The position numbers and the translations under genes were made by a program. The notes below the pieces were generated by a model. That model made no database searches. It was given only the letters and a program-made list of their open reading frames with translations, and was not told the origin of the DNA. Shown here piece by piece: positions 29,878 to 38,214 of a stretch of DNA of 43,329 nucleotides. How positions within the stretch are numbered: position 1 is the first letter of the stretch; each line of letters starts with the position of its first letter. Source of the stretch: a virus (taxonomy: Duplodnaviria > Caudoviricetes); IMG/VR virus record IMGVR_UViG_3300016471_000283, positions 1-43,329 of that record; one strand, given 5' to 3'.

Positions 29878-31620
29878 ATGGACATTCAAAATTATTTAGT
29901 GGTTAAACCTGATTTGTTGAATGTTTCAGCACCACAAACTGATATTAGTATTAATTTACATTTAACTGAAAGTAAATGTCAAATCACCGAATATGACCAA
30001 ACTTCAAATATTAGTTTATTCGATGTTTTTTACAATGAAAGACAACAATCAACAATTTTTAGGCCTATTATTAAAATATCTTATGTTTATGACAATAATA
30101 TTGTAGGATATTGTTCAAACAATGGGTGGTCTAATTATTTAAATAATTTATATTATATTAAACCTTCAGAATCCATTGTCTCTGGACAATGGAGTGGACT
30201 ACCATCACATCAAGAGTTTGAATTTATAAGAACCGACATAAAAAATACTCAACTAAATAATACAGATTTTTTAGGATTTATAACTAAAAGTTCCTCAACA
30301 TACAATTGGGCGGTCAGACTTTCATACCCTTTTGAAAATGTGTATAATGTTAGAATGTCGTACGACTTCAAACTATCGTCAGCATTTCAATGGGTTGCTA
30401 GTGATGGAATACCATTTATTATATCTATTGGTGTGGACAATGGTTTGCAAATACTTCAATTTAGTTGTCCTGTAAAACACAATCTTTCAGTTGGAAATTA
30501 TGTAGAACTATTACCAAACTTTATTTATAATAGTGGTAATACATATCAAGTTTATAGTTTAGGAAATAACACATATGGTTCTGATGAGTACATATTTAAT
30601 CTTTATAATTTAGGTTATACTGGTAATACTTTTTTTTCTGGTAAAACTGGCACTTTAAGAAAAATTATAGACATTAATAATCCACAAGAGACTAAATCTA
30701 GATATTACATAAGAAAACATAGAATTTTAACTAATGATGAAGACACTATAATAACTAGAAATGGGTTTGAAGAAAATTCATATGCAAATAGAGCCGTTTA
30801 TCAATTATCGGGAGCAACACCTAATGGTGTGGCAAATATTTTTACATACCAAAGCTCATATACTTACAACGCAACATTTGAGAAAGATTTTGACATATCT
30901 AATAGAATAGACAATAATGGCAAACCTATTACAGAAATATTTGTGTCATTTCAGTGGTGTGGATACATGGGATGGCACAATCAATTACAGAGAGGATGGC
31001 AATTTAATATGACAAGTGGAACAACCAATTCATGGTTTAATTTTTCAAATTCTGATTCAATAGAAAGTAACTTAAAAAAATATTACACAAGGACTGAAAG
31101 ATCTTTAAATACTTCACCACTAAATACCTTTCAATTTACAGTAAATTTACCTAAAAAAAGTGGTGATACTATATTTGGTGATTTTTGTGAATATAATGAC
31201 ATAGAACAATTAGAAAGAGTAATATCTCCGTATATGAATAAATTTTCATATAATCAAACTATATTTACGACTGATGTTACGACTAATCAATCAAATCCAG
31301 ATGGATTTTATTATCAAGTACATTTTCCAATTAAAATAAGAATTTTCTCAACATATCTTGAGTCAGCGCCTCAACCTTCTATAAATTCTGTTCCAAATTA
31401 TTCTTTTTTTTCAGAAAATCAAAATGAATGGATTTGGCGAGATTTATATGATTATGGTTTTATAGATGGTGATGGCCGAGGACTTGACATTCCTTTTTTA
31501 AATGATGCACATTATCCATACAATAATATAATTTTTAAATTGTATTCAGATGAGTCATCTTTTGTAATTCCTGATTTTTATCAAATAACGATTGAACCTT
31601 TAAGTGACCCCTGTGAATAA
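29878..31620 (+). CDS. Putative structural protein (580 aa)
   Basis: ATG 29878 lies 1 nt after the upstream TAA; rich in [ST]GxT motifs; structural cluster. Confidence 0.65.
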   Translation: MDIQNYLVVKPDLLNVSAPQTDISINLHLTESKCQITEYDQTSNISLFDVFYNERQQSTIFRPIIKISYVYDNNIVGYCSNNGWSNYLNNLYYIKPSESIVSGQWSGLPSHQEFEFIRTDIKNTQLNNTDFLGFITKSSSTYNWAVRLSYPFENVYNVRMSYDFKLSSAFQWVASDGIPFIISIGVDNGLQILQFSCPVKHNLSVGNYVELLPNFIYNSGNTYQVYSLGNNTYGSDEYIFNLYNLGYTGNTFFSGKTGTLRKIIDINNPQETKSRYYIRKHRILTNDEDTIITRNGFEENSYANRAVYQLSGATPNGVANIFTYQSSYTYNATFEKDFDISNRIDNNGKPITEIFVSFQWCGYMGWHNQLQRGWQFNMTSGTTNSWFNFSNSDSIESNLKKYYTRTERSLNTSPLNTFQFTVNLPKKSGDTIFGDFCEYNDIEQLERVISPYMNKFSYNQTIFTTDVTTNQSNPDGFYYQVHFPIKIRIFSTYLESAPQPSINSVPNYSFFSENQNEWIWRDLYDYGFIDGDGRGLDIPFLNDAHYPYNNIIFKLYSDESSFVIPDFYQITIEPLSDPCE

Positions 31621-32431
31621 AATTCAAGTATTATTTAATAACAGACAAAAAGAGATTGTCATTCCGTTAGAATCTTCTTGGGAGATATACGGACAACAAG
31701 ATGGTATTGAACAATATGAAGCAAATGTAATTGAGGAAATTTTAAATCAAGATCAAGATTTTGAAGTTTCTAGATTTGAACACAAATCATATAATACAAC
31801 GACAAAAGAAGCTACAGCGATACATTATGAATTTTGGCTCTATAATCCATCTTTAATTAATTCAAATCCAATAATACCATCACTATCTGGAACATGGGAA
31901 AACTCATACACGTCTAAATTTTCAAACAATGAAATCTATTTTCAAAGAGCTAAATTTAAAAAATCTTTTTGGAAACTTGATTTTTATGATTCACCTAGTT
32001 CAATTCGACAACAAAATTATATTACAATAATTTTACCAACGCACCAAGGTTTAACAGAGTTAAAACAAATTAGTCTTTTTCAAAATGTTTTATTAAAAAA
32101 ACCAAAATATGTATTAGATTACATTGGAGACAAGGAGGGGTTTTTTATTTATTGGCTCAAAAAACGTAATTATTTAAATATTGATACATTTTATATGTCC
32201 GCAAAATTTTTTAATTCTAATAATGGACAATTTGTTAGAATGTTAAATAGATCTCAAACACAATTAACCAATATCTCAAACCCATTTACTTTTAATCAAG
32301 ATGAGTATTTTTATTACCAAGTAAAATTAGATTATCTAACACAAAAATATCAAGTATTTAGTTTTCCTGGAATTGTTAGAGTTGGAACTGAAACGCAACC
32401 TATAAAATGGTATGAATATGTAAATCCTTAA
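31613..32431 (+). CDS. Putative structural protein
   Basis: GTG start at 31613 (or 31604) overlapping the upstream gene end; long clean ORF. Confidence 0.6.
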   Translation: MNKIQVLFNNRQKEIVIPLESSWEIYGQQDGIEQYEANVIEEILNQDQDFEVSRFEHKSYNTTTKEATAIHYEFWLYNPSLINSNPIIPSLSGTWENSYTSKFSNNEIYFQRAKFKKSFWKLDFYDSPSSIRQQNYITIILPTHQGLTELKQISLFQNVLLKKPKYVLDYIGDKEGFFIYWLKKRNYLNIDTFYMSAKFFNSNNGQFVRMLNRSQTQLTNISNPFTFNQDEYFYYQVKLDYLTQKYQVFSFPGIVRVGTETQPIKWYEYVNP

Positions 32432-32434
32432 CAC

Positions 32435-33535
32435 ATGGAATCTCAAGTTATCAAGATTAACATTTCTCCTGAATTTATTACCACAAACAAGACAATCGTT
32501 CAAGTTTCTGGCGAAACTTATGGAATATATTCGGGCATTACACAAATGTTAACAAGTGGTCCAGATAACACATCATTATTTACAGGTTTTACGTTTCCGA
32601 TTTTACTTACTCAAACTATTGTAGATATAGGATACTATTCAGTATTTGATGGCGCATTGTCACAAATAAATGTTGTAACTAATTTTATTTTTTCATCAAC
32701 AACAAATAATCCATATACTTGGTACATATTTAATACATCTGATTTTGAATTTAAAACTTATTTATCTATATCAAATTATATTGTAGATTGGGGGGATAAC
32801 TCACCAATTGAAGTGGTGTCAGGTTATAGCCCAAATTCAATAGCTCATACGTATCCAACAAATCCAAGTGGTTATACAATCACACTTCAACAAATAAGTA
32901 TATTTGGAATTAATACAATACTTAAACGAATTCAAACTCCGTATCTAATTGTACCAATTTTAGACCCAAAAGGTGAAGCATTTTTTACCCCTATAATTGG
33001 AAATTGGACTGGTACACCTATTTCTTATAATTATATTTTTAGTGGTGACGCAATAAATAATGTACAAGCTCAAGTCACATCCGCGTATACACCAGTTCCG
33101 TTTACAGTAAGTGGGATCACAAAATCAAGACTGACAGAATTATACATATATGGTAGACCACCAAATTATCAAGTTAATACTCCTGTATTCCAAAATGGTA
33201 ATATATTTGGTGTTATTACAGATATAAATGTAGTGTTTACCGCTTACACAATTCAAGATGTTAACTATGTTGATTATGCTGGCAAAGGATTTGGAGACGT
33301 TGGACCGACTCATTATTTTTTAGCTTCAAGAGGACTAACTGCCGATAATTTAGTAGCCGAACCTTTAGTTAAAGATGAATTATTATTAGGGATAGTGTCA
33401 GAACCCGAAGTGCAAGCGGACATTTTTATAGACAGAGGAAAAAATTCTGCATTAGAAAGAGTTCAACGACTTGGAGAGGTAGATGGGATTAGAGATTTGA
33501 CAACATATGGATATGGATTTTTCGACTTTTCTTAA
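32435..33535 (+). CDS. Putative structural protein with PKD-like motif
   Basis: 366 aa; YIVDWGDNSP...IAHTYP...YTITL resembles a PKD/Ig-like beta-sandwich signature. Confidence 0.6.
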   Translation: MESQVIKINISPEFITTNKTIVQVSGETYGIYSGITQMLTSGPDNTSLFTGFTFPILLTQTIVDIGYYSVFDGALSQINVVTNFIFSSTTNNPYTWYIFNTSDFEFKTYLSISNYIVDWGDNSPIEVVSGYSPNSIAHTYPTNPSGYTITLQQISIFGINTILKRIQTPYLIVPILDPKGEAFFTPIIGNWTGTPISYNYIFSGDAINNVQAQVTSAYTPVPFTVSGITKSRLTELYIYGRPPNYQVNTPVFQNGNIFGVITDINVVFTAYTIQDVNYVDYAGKGFGDVGPTHYFLASRGLTADNLVAEPLVKDELLLGIVSEPEVQADIFIDRGKNSALERVQRLGEVDGIRDLTTYGYGFFDFS

Positions 33536-33548
33536 ATTAAATTTTTGA

Positions 33549-33556
33549 TATTTATA
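33549..33556 (+). promoter_or_regulatory. TATTTATA upstream motif
   Basis: 13 nt before ATG 33570, followed by an A-run. Confidence 0.5.
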
Positions 33557-33569
33557 AAAAAAAAACAAA

Positions 33570-34478
33570 ATGGCAATAGGAACATATGGAACAATACGAC
33601 CAGCGGATTGTTCTCCAGAGGATGTGGAAATCCTCATGAATTATACACCATCTAGAGATGTGACTAATGATTTTGTACTTACAAAATTAGATGCTAGTCA
33701 AATTTTAAGACCATATTTTAACAATAATCAAACTGGTGGAAATACAAATGAAATATTAGGCGGCTTATACAATTTAAGATTACCGTCTCAAACATTTACA
33801 CAACTTGGAATTTATACGTTATACATTAGACCAGCACAAATTAGAACAACAATTACAGATTGTAATGTTTTATCGGCGTTACCAAATGTTAAAGGTATTA
33901 TAATTGACCTTTCTAATGTGCCTTCTCAGTTTGTTAACAAATTTCAAGCACAAGGATTAGTCGGGTTTAGAGTTGAGTATTTAGATAATACTGGAAGTAA
34001 AATTCCAAATTTTTTTCGTATAGTTACATCTAATTTTTTTTGTGAAGCAATTGTTCAAAATTTAACTAATACTTCACAAAAAGCAATTCGATACCGCTAT
34101 AGTGAAGGTCAAACAAATTTGGTATTTTGTACGTTATCTCCGAGTGCATCTCCGAGCAATAATCCTGCGGCGACACCATTCATAGGTCAACCAGGACAAA
34201 CTATAATTTTTTCAAATACATTTTTTAATCCTTTGACTGTTGAGATACAAGTCACACAATATGATTTAGAAACATTAAATATTGCTTTTTATGGAAATCA
34301 AACTAAATCTATGGAAGATGGTATCTATACGATTTATGATTCACAAAATAATATCTATTCTCAATTCAATCTGTATGAGATTAAAGACGAATTTGATAAT
34401 CCGTTATATGAAGTAAAACAAAATAGAGGTGAAAATATTGATTTTAGTAAATCATTTCAATTAATTGCGGCTCAATAA
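33570..34478 (+). CDS. Putative baseplate/structural protein (302 aa)
   Basis: Clean ORF with upstream motif, immediately before the gp7/gpI-like gene. Confidence 0.65.
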   Translation: MAIGTYGTIRPADCSPEDVEILMNYTPSRDVTNDFVLTKLDASQILRPYFNNNQTGGNTNEILGGLYNLRLPSQTFTQLGIYTLYIRPAQIRTTITDCNVLSALPNVKGIIIDLSNVPSQFVNKFQAQGLVGFRVEYLDNTGSKIPNFFRIVTSNFFCEAIVQNLTNTSQKAIRYRYSEGQTNLVFCTLSPSASPSNNPAATPFIGQPGQTIIFSNTFFNPLTVEIQVTQYDLETLNIAFYGNQTKSMEDGIYTIYDSQNNIYSQFNLYEIKDEFDNPLYEVKQNRGENIDFSKSFQLIAAQ

Positions 34479-34482
34479 ATAA

Positions 34483-37400
34483 ATGATTAGGAGATTTTTT
34501 AGAACAAACGGAGCTTCAGGAGCTGACACGCCATTTGATAACCTTGTTGGTTTACAAACGGTCACTGGAGGAGGTCTAACTCAAGGTAATTTTCAATTTG
34601 ATGTTTCTTTATCCGAAAAAAATAATAGAACGTTTAATATTGGAGTTTTTAGTGAACCAATATCTTTAGATAGTTTAGGACTTATATCTATTGATGAGTC
34701 TAGAGAATTACAGTCTAAAGAATATCAAGTTTTTCCAAATATTGATCTTTCATTAGTTACAAATTTTACATTATATGGTTCATTAAAAAAACGTCTAGAA
34801 GTTTCTATTCAAAAAATATTAGGACATTTTCCAGCTGGAATTGTCATTAATTTTTATAATTTGGATTTAACAACTGGTAATACCGCATATAATATTTCAT
34901 ACAATGTCGAGTCCGATCTTACAACTTTTACAATAAATGTTGAAAAAATACAAAATCCATTTTCTATAGATTTTACTTCAAGATCTAGAATAAATTTACA
35001 AAATAGAGAAACTGATTTTTCACCAATCAGAGATTTAACAAACAGATTTAGAGATTATGTTTTAATTGTCAATTCAACTTCATATACGGTAATAGATTTT
35101 AAGCCTTCAAATAATTTATTTTCAGGTACTCTGATTATTAAAGTTTTAGGTAGACCATTTTATGATACTGTTACTATTTCAAATCTAATAATTCGACCAA
35201 ATGATTTGATTGTTGAAAAAATATTTTCTGAAGAGTTTGACGAAGTAACTCAATTTTTATTAAATAGATTAGTACTTCCAAAATACACAGCAAATTTTGT
35301 TTTACCAGTAGAAGGTAATAATGGAGTTGTAGGATTAGAAACACAAAGTGTTACATTTCCACTTGATGGTTCTTGGAATTTAGATATAAGAACAAACAAT
35401 TTTACAAATTATTTAGAACTTTTGAATAAAATTGGAGAACAATTTGACCAATTTAAAACTAATCTAATAACTAGATTTTTAACTACTAATGCTTTTTTAG
35501 AATTTGATACATCAGAGCAAAAGGTGTTTAAAATACTTCAAATATATGGTAGGAGCTTCGATCAAATAAAATTGTATATTAGCGCGTTAGCTAACATGAC
35601 AAATGTTCAATATCAGTTAGGTAGTACAATTCCTGACGAGTTACTTAAGTATTTGGCTGAAACTTTAGGGTGGAAAATCAATATATCACCAATTGTCCAA
35701 AATGAATATTTGGAATCAACATTATCAACTACAACAGATAGCCAATATGAAGGGTATTCTCGCGAACTAACAGAAAATGAAATCAATTATCAATTTTATC
35801 AAAATTTAATTATTAATTCGGCATATTTGTACAAATCTAAGGGGACTAGAAAATGTATTGAATTTTTATTAAGATTTTTAGGAATACCAGAGGCCATTAC
35901 GGAATTTAACGAATTTGTCTATGTTGTTGATCAAAAAATTGATATGAGTCAATTTTATAATCAACTCTATGATATTACTGGAGGAACTTATGTTCAAGAA
36001 GTTACAGTTCCAGTAACAGATGATGTTTATCAATTATTTGGAGTATCTTACACAGGATTTAATTCATCTACAATTGTTAATTCAGTAAGTGTAAATTTTG
36101 ATAACTACGCGGTTGACGAGTTTGGTTATCCCTACGCTCCAGTAGAAACCGATGAATATTATTTTGAAAAAGGTTCTGGTTGGTTTGAATCAACTCCACA
36201 ACATAGAAGCCCTGAAATAGTAATTTCTACTACGTCAGTTTTTACTGGTTCTAGTCCTTTTGTACAAACAGAGTTACAACCTTTTTCTTATGGACAAGAA
36301 TATTTTTCACAATGGAGATCTTTTCCTTATATGAATTTAGGATTTAATTTAAAATTAGTTAGAGATAACAAAAAATCGTGGCAACCTTCAGTTTTAAGGA
36401 AAAACTCTGATGGTGGTTTTAATGCTTATTACATTGTACAAAATGATAAATTAATAATAAATCTTAAAAATATAGAAATTTTTTTAAATCCTGGACAAGG
36501 TCTTTTATATGATGTTTGGTATATGTCAAGGAATTTTAACTACCCAATTCCTAATTCAGGTATGACCCCAGCTTATCCTAGTTTGGGGAGTTATAATTGG
36601 AGTTTTATTAATCCTGAGGCAAATAAAAAAACATTTTTTGAATTTCAAATAGATTTTATACGTTCTACAATTAATGTGAGAGATAGGTGGTTTAGTTCTG
36701 ACGGTAAAACAAGTGGGTATTCGTCTTTATTAAATATTTTTTATAATTTTTTACAATCTCAAGAAAATGTCGGTGTTTCTAATTTTAATTTTAATTATCA
36801 AAAACTTATAGAATATACTGAGGGAATTGGGTCTAATTGGGTAAGAGTTATTGAACAATTTATTCCCGCGACCACAATTTGGCAAACAGGTATTAGATTT
36901 GAAAATTCACATATGCAAAGACAAAAATATTTATGGAGAAAACAACAACAATGTTATTTAGTTCCAATTTATGTGACTCCACCACCACCTAGTAACACTA
37001 GAACTCCTAGTAGTTCTCCAAATATAACCCCAACTCCTAGTAAAACTAGAGCTCCTAGCAGTTCTCCAAATCCAACTCCCGCATTTACTCCAACTCCTAG
37101 TAAAACTAGAGCTCCTGGTACTTCTCCAAATCCAACTCCCGCATTTACTCCAACTCCTAGTAAAACTAGAGCTCCTGGTAGTTCTCCAAATCCAACCCCT
37201 ACACCTACCCCTACTAAAAATGTTGGATCTGTAATAACGTGTACAATAGGTACTATATCTGGGTGTATTGGAAATATAGTCGAGTTACCAGTAACAATTC
37301 AAACGAATATTGGTATTGGAGCAATTAGTTTAGCGATTGATTTTGATAGTGCAAAGTTAAGAGGATTTAGTCCTGTTGGAAACCCACCAGAACCATCAAT

Positions 37401-37701
37401 AACCTCTTTAAGTCCTCTATTAGCTGGAGCTGGGATTGCCAATGTAACCACATTTACTGGACAAGTACCAAATCCGCCATTTAATGCAACAACTCGAACC
37501 CAATTTAGATTTGCGTGGTCTAGTTTAACAGCATTTCAACAGAATGGTATATTATTTAAAATTAGATTTCAAATTTTAGCCGTAGGAAATCATATTGTAA
37601 AATTTGATACAGCAACTGGAGGAAACTGTGAGATTACAGATATAGATGCAATAGTTCAACCAACAACATTTATAAATGGAAGTGTAACATCAAATTGTTA
37701 G
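34483..37701 (+). CDS. Baseplate wedge protein (T4 gp7 / P2 gpI-like) with Pro/Thr linker and C-terminal cohesin-like domain
   Basis: IPDELLKYLAETLGW and AYLYKSKGTRKCIEFLLRFLG are gpI/gp7-type motifs; the last about 155 aa resemble a cohesin. Confidence 0.7.
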   Translation: MIRRFFRTNGASGADTPFDNLVGLQTVTGGGLTQGNFQFDVSLSEKNNRTFNIGVFSEPISLDSLGLISIDESRELQSKEYQVFPNIDLSLVTNFTLYGSLKKRLEVSIQKILGHFPAGIVINFYNLDLTTGNTAYNISYNVESDLTTFTINVEKIQNPFSIDFTSRSRINLQNRETDFSPIRDLTNRFRDYVLIVNSTSYTVIDFKPSNNLFSGTLIIKVLGRPFYDTVTISNLIIRPNDLIVEKIFSEEFDEVTQFLLNRLVLPKYTANFVLPVEGNNGVVGLETQSVTFPLDGSWNLDIRTNNFTNYLELLNKIGEQFDQFKTNLITRFLTTNAFLEFDTSEQKVFKILQIYGRSFDQIKLYISALANMTNVQYQLGSTIPDELLKYLAETLGWKINISPIVQNEYLESTLSTTTDSQYEGYSRELTENEINYQFYQNLIINSAYLYKSKGTRKCIEFLLRFLGIPEAITEFNEFVYVVDQKIDMSQFYNQLYDITGGTYVQEVTVPVTDDVYQLFGVSYTGFNSSTIVNSVSVNFDNYAVDEFGYPYAPVETDEYYFEKGSGWFESTPQHRSPEIVISTTSVFTGSSPFVQTELQPFSYGQEYFSQWRSFPYMNLGFNLKLVRDNKKSWQPSVLRKNSDGGFNAYYIVQNDKLIINLKNIEIFLNPGQGLLYDVWYMSRNFNYPIPNSGMTPAYPSLGSYNWSFINPEANKKTFFEFQIDFIRSTINVRDRWFSSDGKTSGYSSLLNIFYNFLQSQENVGVSNFNFNYQKLIEYTEGIGSNWVRVIEQFIPATTIWQTGIRFENSHMQRQKYLWRKQQQCYLVPIYVTPPPPSNTRTPSSSPNITPTPSKTRAPSSSPNPTPAFTPTPSKTRAPGTSPNPTPAFTPTPSKTRAPGSSPNPTPTPTPTKNVGSVITCTIGTISGCIGNIVELPVTIQTNIGIGAISLAIDFDSAKLRGFSPVGNPPEPSITSLSPLLAGAGIANVTTFTGQVPNPPFNATTRTQFRFAWSSLTAFQQNGILFKIRFQILAVGNHIVKFDTATGGNCEITDIDAIVQPTTFINGSVTSNC
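37030..37200 (+). repeat. 60-bp coding tandem repeat (about 3 copies; PTPSKTRAPxSSPNPTPAFT)
   Basis: Lines 37021, 37081 and 37141 align in register; a degenerate shorter copy lies at about 36985-37029. Confidence 0.95.
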
Positions 37702-37710
37702 ATACTAAAT

Positions 37711-38211
37711 ATGAGAATTGTAAATCCAAATAATAGAGTTTTTGTTTTAAACTATAACAGTGTAGTTTCTGGACAATTATTTTCGTTTAATTGTAATTAT
37801 CAATATGTAACTACAAATATATTTCCTTGGTCAAGGACTTCATCTAGTGTAACATCTTTTTCAGATATTCTTTTTATTTTATTAAATAATTATCTTATAG
37901 AACAAGAAATAGTTTTAAATGATTGTTTGACAAGTTCTTTAGTATCGTTTTGGTATGTCGATGTTTCAATAAACAATACTAGATTAGTCCATTTTCCATT
38001 TTTTAATGGTTATGGAACACAACAAGTACCTAATGACAATCTATGGAGATCTGCAGTAAATTCTGCGTTATCAGAATTACTGAATTTTAATTATTATTAT
38101 TTTTTTGTTGGTGATGTTGTAACTATTTATAATCTTTTGTGCCCTAATACACAAAATTTAATAAGTGTTGATATTAATATAGGAATAAATTTTATAATTG
38201 AATGTAATTAA
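37711..38211 (+). CDS. Hypothetical structural protein (166 aa), in frame with the upstream gene
   Basis: TAG ATA CTA AAT ATG junction; shares motifs with a domain of the next ORF. Confidence 0.65.
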   Translation: MRIVNPNNRVFVLNYNSVVSGQLFSFNCNYQYVTTNIFPWSRTSSSVTSFSDILFILLNNYLIEQEIVLNDCLTSSLVSFWYVDVSINNTRLVHFPFFNGYGTQQVPNDNLWRSAVNSALSELLNFNYYYFFVGDVVTIYNLLCPNTQNLISVDINIGINFIIECN

Positions 38212-38214
38212 AAT

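Noticed and set aside
15086-37701. Genome-wide TAG or TGA reassignment
   Set aside because: Long genes are intact under code 11, nrdA ends at its canonical CxxCSS with TAG, and the SSB ends at DLPF with TGA. Only local readthrough at 37699 remains possible.
369-37701. Bacterial eCIS/T6SS/tailocin locus
   Set aside because: T4-like replication genes are interleaved and no host housekeeping context is present.
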